Positions 29,294 through 45,731 of a DNA stretch of 64,000 bases are shown piece by piece. Origin of the DNA: the human T2T-CHM13v2.0 reference genome, Homo sapiens; assembly GCF_009914755.1 (NCBI RefSeq), contig NC_060942.1. One strand, written 5' to 3'. The notes under the pieces are model-generated. The model saw nothing but the letters and a program-made list of their open reading frames with translations, was not told the origin of the DNA and searched no databases. Each line of letters begins with the position of its first letter. The stretch's first letter is position 1. A program made the position numbers and the translations under genes.

Positions 29294-29583
29294 TTTGGAG
29301 ACAGTCTTGCTCTGTCACCCAGACTGGAGTGCAGTGGCGTAATCATGGACAAGATGCAGCCTCAGCACTCCTGGGCTCAAGTGATCCTCCTGCCCCAGCT
29401 TCCCATGTAGCTGGGGCTACAGGCATGCGCCACCATACCTGGCTAATTTTTTTTTAAATTTTTTGCAACAACTAGGTCTCACTATGCTGTCCAGGCTGGT
29501 TTTGAATTCCTGGGCTCATGTGATCCTCCTGCCTTTTCCTCCCAAAATTCTGGGATTACAGGTGTGAGTCACCACACCTGGCT
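29294..29583 (-). mobile_element. Alu (AluJ-like)
   Basis: Reverse Alu; TSD tattgaggctt. Confidence 0.9.
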
Positions 29584-30087
29584 ATTGAGGCTTGTTGTGG
29601 TCTATCCGGAAAAATGAAGCCTTGAAAAAATATTAATTAGGTCAAGTTAGTTGATAGTGTTGAAGTATTATATACCTTGCTATTTCATCTTTATTTGTTC
29701 CATCATTTATGAAATTGGCTTTTTGAAATCTTCAGGTATTATTGTTGAATTGTCTGTGTCTCCTTTCAGTTCTCTCAGGCTTTGCTTTATGTATTTTGGG
29801 GTTTTGTTAAGTGCATATGTGTTTACAATTGCTGTGTCTTCGTTATGTATTGACCCTTTTATCATTTTGAAATGCCCCTTTTTGCCCCTGGTAATACTAA
29901 AAGTCTATTTTGTCTGATATTAATATTGCTATTCTAGCTCTCATGATTATTATTTACATGGAAATTTTTTCCTGTCCTTTTTAAGTGGTTTGTGTCTTTC
30001 TGTGCTAGGGGAGTCTGTTGTAGCCAGCACATAGTTGTTTCTTTTTTAAAAAAGATTTAGTCTGACAATTTCTACTTTTTGAGTAGA

Positions 30088-30396
30088 GTGACATCAGCAA
30101 ACTTTTTCTGTAAGGGTCAGATTGTAAATGTGTTAGGCTTTGCATGCTTTATGGCCTCTTAACAATGCAACTTTGTTGCAGTGAGAAAGCAGCCATAAAA
30201 GATATGTAACAAAGTAGGAGTGGCTTTATTCCAAACTTTTATTTATGAACATTGAAATTTGAATTTCATATAATTTCCATTTGTCACTTTTTTGTTTTTT
30301 TATCATTAAATAATAAAAAAACTTTTTAGCTTATGAAATACACAAAAAGGATGATATGCTGAATTTTGCCTGTGAACTAAAGTTTGCTGACTCCTG
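30088..30396. mobile_element. MER58-like hAT-Charlie MITE
   Basis: tcagcaaactttttctgtaagggtcagat... and ...agtttgctgactcctg form terminal inverted ends. Confidence 0.65.
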
Positions 30397-30741
30397 GAGT
30401 AAGGGTTTATTAGTCCATTCACACTTAATGTGATTATTGATTCCATTGGATTTATGTTTGTCATTTTGCTATTCTTTTTAAAATTTATTTTTGTTTATTT
30501 GTTCCTCTGTTACTGCATTCTTTTGTGTTAAGTGCATATTTTTTGGTGTGCCAATTTAATTCCTCTCTTGACGTTTTATTTTTTAAATAATATTGTCTAA
30601 GTAATTTTATTTGTGATTGCTCCACAAATCACTCCATGTATCTTTACTTACCACAATCTGCTTCAAAATAATGCTACCTTAATACTGATAAAATACAGAC
30701 ACTTGGCTTCATGTCTCCTTTTCCTCCCCTAACTTTATGCC

Positions 30742-31063
<322 letters not shown>

Positions 31064-31342
31064 TAAATTACTATATGTTGTATGTTATAACCTCAACACT
31101 ACTGTTAACAGTTATTAACTTAAACAGTCTCATGCCCTTTGAAGAAGAAATGAAAAAAATATATTTATAGTATTTTAAATTGACGTACACACTTACCATT
31201 TCCAGTTGTCACCAAATGTGATGAATTCAAAGTACTGAAATGGTTGCTATTGACAGTTTAGTCCAGCTTCATAGTTACTTTTGGGGAAGGAGATTTATTG
31301 GCCTCCTCATTCCTTTTTTTAAAATATAGTTTTCATAAATGG

Positions 31343-31669
31343 TTTTTTTTTTTTTTGAGACAGGGTCTCACTCTGTTGCCCAGGCTGGAGTGCAGTGGTG
31401 CAGTCACAGGTCGCTGCAGCCTTGACCTTCCTTTCCAGGCTTGGGTGATCCTCCCACCTCAGCCTCTTTAGTAGCTGGGACTATAGGTATTCGTCACCAT
31501 GCCTGGCTAATTTTCTAATTTTTTGTGGGGTTTTTTTTTTTTTTTTTTTTGCAGAGACAGGATCTTCCTGTGTTGCCCAGGCTGGTCTTGAACTCCTGGG
31601 CTCAAGCAGTCTGCACACCTCGGCCTCCCAAAGTGCTAGGATTATAGGCGTGAGCCACCAAGCCCGGCC
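31343..31669 (-). mobile_element. Alu (AluJ-like)
   Basis: Reverse Alu with expanded middle T run. Confidence 0.9.
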
Positions 31670-31714
31670 AACCACCTCATTCCATCATGCCAGAAGTGAA
31701 TCCCCTAGGTATAT

Positions 31715-33250
31715 ACTGCTTTTATCCCCATTTTCACATGAGGAGACTGAGACATGGATGTCCAAGGTCATTAGGAAATAGTAGTTGCAATGTGGACTCT
31801 CGTCTCCCGTCTCCTGTCTATGCTCTTAATCATGAGGTTCTGTGTTGCCATGCCTGATGTTAAGTGAGTGCACATTCAAGTAACATGGCAGTTTCTGAAT
31901 TATGCACCAAGGGTTCAGCACTTGTATCCATTCCTTGGTAACTTCTTTTGTGACTTTGGGCAAATTATTAAACTAAGGTTCAGTTTGCTCTTCTATAAAA
32001 CGGAGATAAAAATAGTGTCTTCCAAGTAGAGCTCTTATGAGGATTCAAGAAGTTAAACATAACATTTGTTAGTGCATAACCTCCAAGTGAGTGGCGGTTG
32101 GAGCAGCAGCAGAAGTAGCAGCCTTAATGTTAGAAAGCCTTCCCTCATTCCTCCTGGTCTGAGTTAGGTGTGGCTCTGAGTGCTGATGGCATTCTGAAAT
32201 ATGTTTCTCTTAGAGCACTTCTCACAGTCTCCTGCAGATGTTCCCCAATGTATTCTACACTAGAATCTAAGATCCTAGAAGGTAATGAGTTCATCTTTCA
32301 TCCTTGTGTTTTTGCTATTGCTTGAAGAGGGAAGCAAAAGGCTGAAATGAGGTACTTGGAATGAGGCAAGGCATGAGGCTGATACTTTGCTTCATGAGAT
32401 TAAAAGCGAGGAACAATTCCAACAGTTTCGGAAGGCTTATGGGAGATGGATTAAGGAAAGTTGTTTATACCTTTGGCCCTGAGAGCATCACGGACCTGCT
32501 TTTCATGATACCAAGTAACTGAAACACAGAGACAGGGTTTTTTTACTTAGAGTGCCTTATTTTACCTTAAATTGTACCTGAACACTTGATGGGGTGGAGT
32601 GGTCATTTTGTAGTAATGTAAAATCGGCTCGATGGTTACAGAAAAGTCTAATACAGAAAATAAAAGTCAACTTCCTGATCCTTTTTACTGTTCACTAGAG
32701 ATGTAATCGCTGTTACTTGTATATATTTTGAAACATTTACTATGCACTTTAGGCATATAAATATATATACAAATGAGATGATCTTTGCATTTAGTTTTAT
32801 AGCTTCTTTCCCCAATAATGTGTAGTGGGCATCTCGCTTTATCTCTACAACATTCCCTTGTATTGATTATCATTTATTAAACTAGTCTGATGATTTTTTT
32901 TTATGGTTATTGTTGCTTCCTGACATTTAGGTTCCACATTTTTGCCAAAATGAATTATGCAGTAAATGTTTCGTGTAGGGAAGTGAGCTCTAAAATCAGT
33001 TGTGTGACTTTAGGCAAGTTCCTTAACCTCTCTGTATTTCAGCTTCCCCATCTATACATTGAGAATATTAGTACTACTACTTTTGCTAGCTGCAAACATC
33101 TGTGTAGCCTAATATAAGCCAGACATTGTTTTAAAAACATCACATATATTAATGCATTTAAACCTCACAACTAGCCTGAGTGATGGGTGCTGATATGTCT
33201 AAGATCACAAAATTATTCAGTGGTGGAGCCAGAATATAGTACGTGAACTT
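31715..33250. mobile_element. Several MIR fragments (~31720-31840, ~31945-32070, ~32995-33070)
   Basis: MIR core motifs: ccccattttcacatgaggagactgag; gtgactttggg/taggcaagttccttaacctctctg. Confidence 0.55.
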
Positions 33251-33779
33251 ACGCAGTCTGGTTCCACAGTGCACAGTACCAAACTTAACAGGGTTATAAC
33301 AAAGACTTGGCACATAGTAGGCCAATATGTGGTCTGTATTTACCAATATTAGGTCAATGATCAAGTAATGTTTGCTTTTTGTTTTGTTTTTTTTTCAATT
33401 AATGCAATAAGGAACATTGTTGTCCATATGTCTTTGTTTTTGGCATGAGTATATATCCAAAGAACAAATCATTAGTAGCATAATTACTTGGTTAGGTGTA
33501 TATCAATTTAAATTTTTGATAAATATTTTCAACTCATCTTTTACAAAGTTTTACCAATTTACTTCAATCATGAGTTATGAGTGCTCAGTTCAGGATGCTT
33601 TTCCCAACATTAAGTGTTACTAATTTAAGTTTTTCAGACTCAGATGAAGAGGTTATCTTGTTTTGGTTTGAATTTCCTTTTCAATGAATTTTAAAAATTG
33701 AGATATAATTTGCATACAGTGAAATCACCTTTTTTAGTTGTATTTTGTTGAGTTTTGACAAATGCATTCAGTTACGTAA

Positions 33780-34142
<363 letters not shown>

Positions 34143-35161
34143 ATGGATTTTTTAATGATGAATGAATTGAGAATATTTTAGGTTATTGATTGGCCGCTTG
34201 AATTTGTGTTCTCCCTCTTGCTTTTGTGATTTCTTTCTTATTACCTTTCTTCTTCCTTTTCATCATTCTTTTTGTGTGATGTTTGTTTCTGTGCTTTGCC
34301 CGTTTGCTTATAGAATTGTTTGCCTTTCTCTTACTGATTTCTAACAGCACAGTTTATGTTACAACATTAATCCTTTGTCATATATATTTGCAGTTTTTCT
34401 CTATTTTTTGCTTTCTTTATGCCATTTTTTGGTTATCAAGAAATTTGTACATTTTGCATTGTCAGATTTATTCTTTTATGGATTCAAGGTTTTATGTTAT
34501 GTATTAGAAGGCCTTCTGCAGTGCAAGCCTTCTAAAAAATATTTTTCTCCAACTTTTATATTTTTTAAAAATAAATATTTATATATTTGATGTTTCTGGA
34601 TTTCATTTTGATACAAGAAATTAAGTAAGAGCCCTGCTGGACCCACTAGTCCCGAAAGTTTCTCCCACCTACTCATCATCATTCATTGATAGTTCACCTA
34701 TCCCTGGTGGTCTTAAGATGTCTTCTTGATGACAGACTCTTCCCATATGTCTCTTGGTCTATTTCTTGACTTTCTATTCTGTCATTTCCCTCCTCTAGCG
34801 TTAAGCTGTTGCAGCATGTTTTAATATGTCATGTAGCTCATTCTCCTTCAGTTAGTCTTTTAGAATTTTTCTCTTTTCGTTGTTTGCATAACAAAGTTCA
34901 CTGTCATTTTGTTGACTTTCTTGAAAAAGCATTATTGATGTTTTCTTGGGATCTCGAGTCAATATTTTGACAGGATTGGATTGTTTTACCTGAGAACAAG
35001 ATGTGTCTATGTATATTTGATCTATTATGATTCTCTGAGGAGTTTTAAAGTGTTTCATGTAGTTTTACATTTGCTATTATTTCACCTTTTTTGAAGCTGT
35101 TATAAATAGGATCTAGTCTTTTATTATGTTTTCTTATCTGCTTCTTAAAATTATAGAATCC

Positions 35162-35335
<174 letters not shown>

Positions 35336-35414
35336 GTTATAGAATTTCTAGTGACTTGTACGTATGAATTTTGTAATTGGTCACTTGACTGAGTTCCTTT
35401 TTTTTCCCCCGATA

Positions 35415-35741
35415 CAGTCATGCCCTGCAAAATGACAGTTTAGTCTATGATGAACCGAGTGTGTAATGTGGTCCTATAGGATTATAATACCATATTTTTA
35501 CTCTACCCTTTCTTTCTTTAGATATGTTTAGATACACAAATACTTACCACTGTGTTACATTGCCTACAATATTTAGAACAGTAACATGCTTTACAGGTTT
35601 GTGGCCTAGAAGCAATAGGCTATACCATAAAGCCTAGGTAAGCTATACAATCACAGTTTGTGTAAATCCACTCTATGTTTGCTCAGTGACAAAATCACCT
35701 AACGACATATTTCTCAGAACATACCTGTTGTTCAGCTGCAT
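35415..35741 (+). mobile_element. Tigger3a-like DNA transposon (second copy)
   Basis: TA|CAGTCATG start; shares internal sequence with 7606-7941. Confidence 0.75.
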
Positions 35742-35920
35742 CTATTGAATTTTCAGATGTTTAATCATTTCATAAGGATAATTTTGTCCTCTCCTTTCCA
35801 ATATTTATATTTATTTCTTGTCTAATTCATTGGCTAATATGTTGGGAATAATTCTAATTAATAATACAATTGATGTCCTCGTTGCTGGCTTTCAGCATTT
35901 CTTCATTACAGCTCTGATTT

Positions 35921-35951
<31 letters not shown>

Positions 35952-36921
35952 GTCTATTCCTATTTTACAATGGGTTTGGGGTGTCAGGAATTGATGTTTA
36001 GTATTTTTTCAGATCCTTCTTGTGACTCATAGCTATGATCATATTATTTTACTCCTTTGATCTAAGGTAATATATATTAATAAACTTCCAAATTAGAGCC
36101 ACGTTAGCAATCCCAGGATATACCTTATCTAGTTGAATTGTTTTCTCCCTACCACTCCCAATGTTTGCTGGTATTTACGGTTTGTACTTCAATGTTCATA
36201 AGTGAGATCAGTTTGATTTTTCTTTTTTTTGGTCGTCTTTGTCAAATTTTGGTATCAGTATACTTTTGACCTCAACAATAAATTTGGGAGCTTTCTGTTT
36301 TCTGTGTGCTCTGAAGTGTGTTGTGAATTTTGGACCTATGTCTTTATTGTCCTCCCCTTTTTTCTTTCTCCTGAAGGAAAAAGAGCCATGGTAGCTCCTT
36401 GATCACTTTCTCAGTTTCCTTGACAATTATTAGCTTCTTTTGGATTTCTGTGTCTTCTGCTGCAAATTTTGATGATATATATTTTGCTATAAAATTATCC
36501 TTTTCATCTGAGTTTCAAATTAATTTTCATAGAATTTTCAAAGTAGTTTTACACATTTTGATTCCTCATGCATGTGTGGTTATTGCTCTATTTCTGATTT
36601 TGTATAAGCACATTCCCTTTCTTGATTATGCCAGCTAGTTGTTTACCAATTGAGTTTTCTCTTGCATAATCAAAGAATCAACTCTTGTAATGTTTAATGC
36701 TGTTACTTTTTATTTTCTAATTCATTAATTTGTGCTTTTATCTTTATTTTTTCTGATTTTTCTTTTGCTGGCTGGGGGTTTATAATTAGCGACTTCTTGA
36801 ATTGAATGCATAATTTATTTCTTTTAATTCCTTACCAGGTAGTTTTGTAAGTGTTTAAATCTTTGAATTTTTCTGTGGACCCAGTTTTAGGGTCTTGCAG
36901 AATCACATATATTTTGATATG

Positions 36922-37278
<357 letters not shown>

Positions 37279-38124
37279 TGAGTCATTTAAAGATGTTTGA
37301 TTTTAATTTAATTAATTTTTTTTTGTTTGTCCTATTTACTTTTATTGCCTTGTGGTTAATTAAGGAGTTCTCTCTGACTTTTAAAATTTATGAAGGTTTT
37401 CATTGGGGCCTTTAGTAACTATTCCATAAGTTCTTGAAAAGGAGATGTGTTCTCAGTTTTTAGGGTACAGAATCCCATATGTCTAAAAGATAAATTAATT
37501 TTGTAATTTAAATTTGCTATATTCTTCATTTTTGTTTACTTCATTTTCCTGGGCTGAAAGAGACATTTTAATGCTGTTCCATTTTATGTTCAAAGATTTT
37601 TGGCAGATTTTTTTCTTCATTATATTATGAATTATACTTTTCATAATGTGCCCCTTTTCATTTTGTTTGACCAGTTTATCTTGAATGCAGTGCCATCTTA
37701 CCATTGTTACTCTAGCTTCCTTGTTGCCAGCCTATGCCTTTTTCCATTTTTTTCTGTTAGAGGACTCTTTTTTTTCTTCAAAATTTTTCAGAATTGAATT
37801 TTTCAGTTAATTGAAAAACTTCACTAAACTAGGGACTCGTGTACTTTAAACATTTTATTTTAAATTAAAACAAGTAAATACACTCTTTCATTAATTTCTA
37901 AATGTAGGACCAGTGTGTTTTCTTTAAATGTCTATTGACTGAACTCTGTATCAGTCTAAATGATACACTCTATATCCTTACATAATATGTCTAGGATTTC
38001 TAGTTTAGCACTTCTTTTAAGTATAATTAGAAGTTTAATTGCCTTTGCAAAGCAATCTTTATACAAAGGCCCAGTTATTTTTTTCAAGGTAGCATAGTGG
38101 AATTTACTTATTTTTTATAATGTA

Positions 38125-38614
38125 TTTTTTATTTCAATAAGTTTTTGGGGAACAGGTGGTTTTTGGTTACATGGAAGTTCTTTAGTGGTGATTTCTGAGA
38201 TTTGGGTTCAGCCATCACCTGAGCAGTGTACATTGTACCGAGTGTGTAGTCTTTTATCCCTCACCCCCTCCCACACTTTCCCCTGAGTCTGCAAAGTCCA
38301 TTGTATCATTCTTATGCCTTTGCATCCTCATAACTTAGCTCGCACTTATAAGTGAGAACATACGATGTTTGATTTTCCATTCCAGAGTTAGTTACTTCAC
38401 TTAGAATGGAAGTTAGTTACTTCCATTCAGGTTGTTGTGAATGCCATTCTTTCATTCCTTTTTATAGCTAAGTAGTATTCCATGGTGTGTGTGTGTGTGT
38501 GTGTGTATACACATACATATATAGATACATATATACACATATATACATACATATATACACATATATACATACATATATACATACATATATACGTATATAT
38601 ACACATTCATATAT

Positions 38615-38646
<32 letters not shown>

Positions 38647-38910
38647 CACATTTTCTTTATCCACTCATTGGTTGATGGACGTTGGGCTCATTCCATATTT
38701 TTGCAGTTGTGAATCGTGCTGCTATGTGTGTGCCAGTACAATTTTTTTTTTTTCCCTCTGGGTAGATACCTAGTAGTGGGATTGCTGGATGAAATGGTAG
38801 AGCTACTTTTAGTTCTTTACGGAATTTCCAGTTTTCCGTAGTGGTTCTAGTTTACATTCCCGCCAACAGTGTAGAACTGTTCCCTTTTTACCACATTCAC
38901 ACCAACATCG
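38125..38910 (-). mobile_element. L1 3' end (L1PB/L1PA-like) containing an expanded microsatellite
   Basis: tttttggggaacaggtggtttttggttacatg...cacttataagtgagaacatacgatgtttg...gggattgctggat; typical primate L1 3'UTR. Confidence 0.8.
38485..38646. repeat. Compound (TG)n-(TACA/TA)n-(CA)n microsatellite
   Basis: Seen directly. Confidence 0.95.
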
Positions 38911-39219
38911 TTTTGTTTGTTTGTTTGAGACAGGGCCCTACACTCGGTCACCCAGGTTGGTGTGTGGGTGTGCATGGTGTGATCTTGGCTCACTGCAACC
39001 TCTGCCTCCAGGGTTCAAGCAGTCCTCCCACCTTAGCCTCCTGAGTAGCTTGAACTGCAAGCACACACTATCACACCCAGCTAATTTTTGTAATTTTTGG
39101 TAGAGATGGAGTTTCAGCATGTTGGCCGGACTGGCCCTCGAACGCCTGACCTCAAGTGATCCACCTGCCTCAGCATCCCAAAGTGCTGGGATGACAGGCG
39201 TGAACCACTGTACCTGGCC
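38911..39219 (-). mobile_element. Alu
   Basis: Diverged reverse Alu. Confidence 0.88.
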
Positions 39220-39719
39220 TATTATTTATTATATAGTTTTTTTTTAAAGGAATGTTTCCCTAGTCTTTTTGCCTGTACGTGATTCTGCAGAAAACATTTT
39301 TAGCCACCTGCATTTATTTATTATTTCTAAATCAATTTGCACTATTTTTATATAAATAATTTTCAAAAATATTCTTATTTGTTCATATGTTTAAATTGCA
39401 TAATGAATTTAAATACAAAAAAAAGTTTGCATCTGAGCATCACCCATGCCCGGGAGCTGTCTTTGGTGTTGGAGATACAGTCATGACCACTACTGAAAAC
39501 ATTCCTGATCTCAAGTAGAACACACTTAGTACAACTAGCTGGTAGCATAAGAAAATCGCAGGCACAGTGAAGAAGAGAATAGTTGGAAAGAGTGGAAATA
39601 CTGGAGAGATTTTATGATATTTTGAAACTTTCTGAGATAATTTTAGTGTGTCCTTTCCATATATAACATATTATTGTTGTTTTTTTTTTTTAATCAGATC
39701 TTAAAATGTTTTTCTTCTA

Positions 39720-40053
39720 GGCCGGACGTGGTGGCTCACGCCTGTAATCCCAGCACTTTGGGAGGCCAAAGCGGGTGGATCACAAGGTCAGGAGTTTGAG
39801 ACCAGCCTGGCCAACATGGCAAAACCCTGTCTCTACTAAAAATAGAATAATTAGCCAGGTGTGGTGGTGGGCGCCTATAATCCCAGCTACTCAGGAGGCT
39901 GAGGCAGGAGAATCACTTGAAACTGAGAGACAGAGGTTTCAGTGAGCCGAGATGGTGCCATTGCACTCCAGCCTGGGCGACGCGAGCAAGATTCCGTCTC
40001 ACAAAAAAAAGAAAAGAAAAGAAAAAAGAGAAGAGAAAAGAAGAAAGAAAGAA
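39720..40053 (+). mobile_element. Alu with A/G-rich microsatellite tail
   Basis: Alu consensus + (AAAAG/AAAG)n. Confidence 0.94.
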
Positions 40054-41049
40054 AGGAAATTTTGTCTAATAGTTGAATTTACTCCATTTATATGTATTGG
40101 TATAACAAACATTTTGGAGCCTACATCTTACCATATTTCATGTTGTATTTGTATTGTAATTCTTTTTTATTATATGGTCTGTTCTATTCTTTCTTTTTCT
40201 ATTCTCCCTTTCTGGGAAGACTTTGGTATCTCTTTTTTATTTTTCCTTTTTTTCCTAAGGGAATGGCAAATAGTGTTCTCACAGGTTTAGGAGCGGTGGA
40301 GTAGAATCTAAGAAACTGAGATGAAAGTACATGAACCATGCAGGTTCAGAAATTGACAATGCAGCTTATGGTGTAGAGAGAGATTTACAACGCTATTAAC
40401 TTTTTATGTGGATTCTTTGCTTTATGTTAAAGTCTTTCTTTTTGTTCTCTTAAATTGCCTTCACAGATAATTTAAGCCTGTGGCTCTGGTCTGTGGATCC
40501 TCTTTCATCATAATCCTGAAACATCATTTGTCTTTTTTACTGATGGTACAGAAAGCAATGATGGATGATAAAACTGATGATGCCTTACCATGAGTCAAGG
40601 CAGCGGCACCAAACTGTAATAGTAAATGTAGTAATAGTCGTATGTTCTTTAGTAAGAACCAAGCACTTCAGTAAAAAAAAAAAAAAAAAAAAAAATTGGT
40701 TATACTTACGGATGCCATTGATGAAGCTATAAAAATTAATTTTATGAAATCTTCACCCTGAGCTTACATCTTTCTAAAATTCTTTTTATGAAATGTGAAT
40801 ATTTCAAAGACACTTTCCAGTACATACTGAAGAAGGAAGAGTGTCTCCAGGGGAAGCGCTTGTTTGAATTGCTGGCTACACTAGCTAACTAGCTCCTTTT
40901 TTTCTGTGAAATAACCACTTTTACTAAAAACAACGATCGACAGACACACATGATTATTCCATGTGTTTTAACAGATATTTTCCCATAAATAATCAACATG
41001 AGTCTGTCACTTCATTAAAAACAAATGACAGTATTATTGCCAGTGATAA

Positions 41050-41433
<384 letters not shown>

Positions 41434-41543
41434 TGATATAGTATCAAAGAAAAATATCCATAGTTATATGAAAAGGTTATTAAATAAAATATATTGTTCC
41501 TTTTTCCAACTATGTATCTGGAGGAGGCTGAATTTTCTTCTTA

Positions 41544-41872
41544 CAGGTAGTCCCCTATGCACAGTTTCAATTACCACAGTCGATAGTCATCTGAAGACAG
41601 CTAAGTGCAGTACAGTAAGATATTTTGCGAGAGAGAGAGTCCACATTCTCATAGCTTTTATTACAATATTTTGCTATAATTGTTTAATTTTATTATTAGT
41701 TATAGTTATTAATCTCTTACTGTACCTAACTTAAAAATTAAACTTTATCATAGGTATGTGTGTATAGGAAAAAAGCAAAGTATACTTGATATAGGGTTCT
41801 GTACTATATGTGGTTTCAGGAATCCACAGGGGATCCTGGGATGTATCCCTTGCAGATAAGAGAGGGCTACTG
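41544..41872 (+). mobile_element. MER44A-like (Tigger7) MITE
   Basis: TA|caggtagtcccc...cagtacagtaagatatttt..gagagagag...gataagagagggctactg|TA. Confidence 0.7.
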
Positions 41873-42035
41873 TACTGTAACAGATTCAGTGCAGAAGTAG
41901 ATATGAGAGTCTAGCTGTCTTCCTTTAGTCAGGCAGAAGAGATTTACAGTAATGTCATGTGGTACCACTTTCACTGATTTTTATTATCATTCATGAAAAT
42001 GTTATTTATGTTAACATGTAATGAGTATATTGTCA

Positions 42036-42693
<658 letters not shown>

Positions 42694-45083
42694 CTCGGTT
42701 TTATTTTCTAGTAGGGTACATTTCAAGAGATGCAACCCACATAAACAATGCTTCTTCCTGTCTTCCAATAATTTTTAAGAGAATAAAGGGGTTCTGAGAC
42801 CAGAATGTTTGAGAACCACTGATGTAAGCAGTAGAATGACAGGTAGGACAGGTTGGCATAGGGGAAGAATGTGAGCTTTGCAAATAAACAGCCAGGTTCA
42901 GATTCTGGATCTGCTGTTGCTAGTAGCAAATTGTTTAACTTTGTTGGGCAAATTCCAGTCTCTCTGATAACCAGTTTCCTCATTTTATAAAATGGGGATA
43001 ATAAAGCTGTTTTGTTTATTGAAGGTTAAGTAGTTGTTTGATCTTTTTAATTTTTTCATTATGTGTTATGATGACTGACAGACATGACTACCTCAAGTCA
43101 TTTAAGAAAAGGTTGAAATTATTTGAAGAAGTTATCCTTTACCCATATGGATAAAGTTTATGTCTAAAGCTTTTTCCCTTGAAACTTTATATACATTTTC
43201 AAGTATATGTATAAACTTAAAATTTTACAATTAGAAAAGCAGTAAAACTAATTCAGAACATTTACTTAGGCACGAGACAGATGGTAATCCTATAAAAAGA
43301 TGGCATATATTTTTGGATGTGCAAACAGAAAAACAGATACTCTTAAAAATTTTAGAGTAATCTTTGCCTAGAATATGAAGGGAAGAGATAAAAGACCATA
43401 TGGCCTAATAGAACTTTTATAGTTTGTAATGTCTAGGATTGAATTTTGTTTCTTTAATATTAGTATTGATTAATAGCTTACTAATATGGATTGGTAGTTG
43501 AAAAAGGAATAATTTTCAAGCAGGTAATTGCCAAGTACTTTTACCGTGGTTGCTAGTCTCTCGTGTTTTGGGGTATGGGTGTGATAGTGGGAAGCACAAC
43601 TATTTGAATCTCACATTTAGTAGGGTTAATCAGTTACTGATTCTGGCAGTTATAATAGTTCATTATGCTTGGGTAGAAGACATGCTACTAAGACACTGAG
43701 TTCACCTAATATACAACTTCATTTATTATTTAAAAGTAACTGGTGCTTCAAATATTTTAAGTTTTTTATTTTTTACAACTTATTCAGAAACATAGTACAT
43801 GACAGTAGACTTTTAAAAATTGCTTCTTCCTTTTGGGGACATGATAGTACTGATCCCCTGATAGGTTGTCTAATCTGAGTGGTTTTTAGTAAGAATGATT
43901 CCATCTGCACACCACCCGAATCCTATCTGTAACTAAAAGGGGACAATTGTCAGGTTCTCTCTCTCCTGTCAGTTCCCACCTTGTGTACCATTATATTACT
44001 GAAGGGTTGATACTACAGTTTATCTGTTCATACATCTGTCTCTCCTACTGGATTAGGTGACCATCAGTTATTCATCAATCTGTGTATTGCCACACAGGGC
44101 TGAGCCAAGCTGACTCAGCAGAGGCCGAGTAGGGGCTTAGTAAAGGCAGAGTGAATTCATGAATGGGATCAAAGCTAGAGCCATAGTCTTGTGCCAAGAA
44201 ACTGAGTGGCGCTAAACTGCTGATTTGGGAGGTCAGAATCTTGTTCTGGGCTTTATTAGCATTTCGCTCAAGTCAAGCGAATCACCTTGTCAAGTCATAT
44301 GCAGAGAAGGCAGAACATGACGTTGGAGGAAAGAAAACATTCTACACAGTTTAAACACAGGGCCTTTGTAAAGTAGTGTTAGGATCACTTAACGTGGTTT
44401 ATGGAACCAAGATTTTTTGCTGTGAAATGACTTTCAGAAAGTCTTTACAGAATTGAAATCCTGTCATTTCAGTGTAGAACAATGTACAAAAAAAGTTTAG
44501 AAAATATATTTCTGGATATAGAAGTAAAAATTTGCCATGGGAAATTGCAAAAAAAGAAGAGTAAGCAATAATAATTCTGGAAATATGTTTCATAATCTTC
44601 CAAATAGATCAAAACTAGACACATGGGTTTTTATGGGTGTACTTCAGAGATGAAGCTTTTCAACCTGCGCGCATTGAGCTTCTTCCTCCTCTGTGCATTG
44701 GGAACTTGAAGGTAAATGATTCTTGTTCTCAAGGAATTCTCGAGTATAGAGGAACATCTCTAGATAGTTTATTACAGATAATGAAATTCTTTTTGTTTAT
44801 TTTGACACAAGCTTAAGTATTTAAAATATGCATCAGTTGTTGAGTTGACTAGGCTTGTTATTGCAGTTCTATGGAACGCCTTTACTGTCGTGCCAGGACA
44901 CAGGCTGGGACATGGCAGGCAGCGGAGGAGCAGTCGGAGTCAGTGCTGAAGGAGTGCACAGGTCTAGCTAGAGTCCAGCTGGGAAGGATGTGGACACTGG
45001 CCCACACGTTAGAGTTTATACCAAAAAGCAAGGTGCCAAAAGAACAAAAGGTAGATGCAGGCTTGTTCTTTATAAACATCATC

Positions 45084-45396
<313 letters not shown>

Positions 45397-45608
45397 TCAT
45401 CAAATACTTGCCAAATGCTCATTGTGTAGTAGGCAGTGATCTGCTCTGCTGGGTGCAATAGAAAGAAAGCCCGGTCCTAACAGAGCTGACATTAAGAAAA
45501 GACTGGGGTGTTCTCGTTCAGAAGTTAAAGGATTAAAACTGACTAAAACAAAACTTTTGTGGAAATATTTTTTAATATGACTCTTTTTATATTTTTATTT
45601 TTTAGAAA

Positions 45609-45629
45609 ATGGCTCCAAAGGTTAAATGA
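45609..45629 (+). other. uORF1 (MAPKVK*), strong Kozak aaaATGg
   Basis: ATG GCT CCA AAG GTT AAA TGA read directly, starting 3 nt into exon 2; translation not demonstrated. Confidence 0.6.
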
Positions 45630-45718
45630 AGCAGGAAAAATACATAGATGCAGCCTTGCAGCCTCTCCAGATGTTTGGGGATAATATTCCAGATAGAAAT
45701 ATTGATCCCTTGGATTAG
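45626..45718 (+). other. uORF2 (30 aa, MKQEKYIDAALQPLQMFGDNIPDRNIDPLD*)
   Basis: ATG overlaps the uORF1 stop (ATGA); out of frame with the CDS; stops at TAG 45716-45718. Confidence 0.5.
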
Positions 45719-45722
45719 GTAA
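45648..45722 (+). other. uORF3 (24 aa, MQPCSLSRCLGIIFQIEILIPWIR*), in frame with SOCS6
   Basis: ATG at 45648; TAA at 45720-45722, 9 nt before the main ATG. Confidence 0.45.
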
Positions 45723-45731
45723 CTAGTCATA

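Noticed and set aside
38452-38712. HIYIH/THTH-repeat ORFs
   Set aside because: Microsatellite translation.
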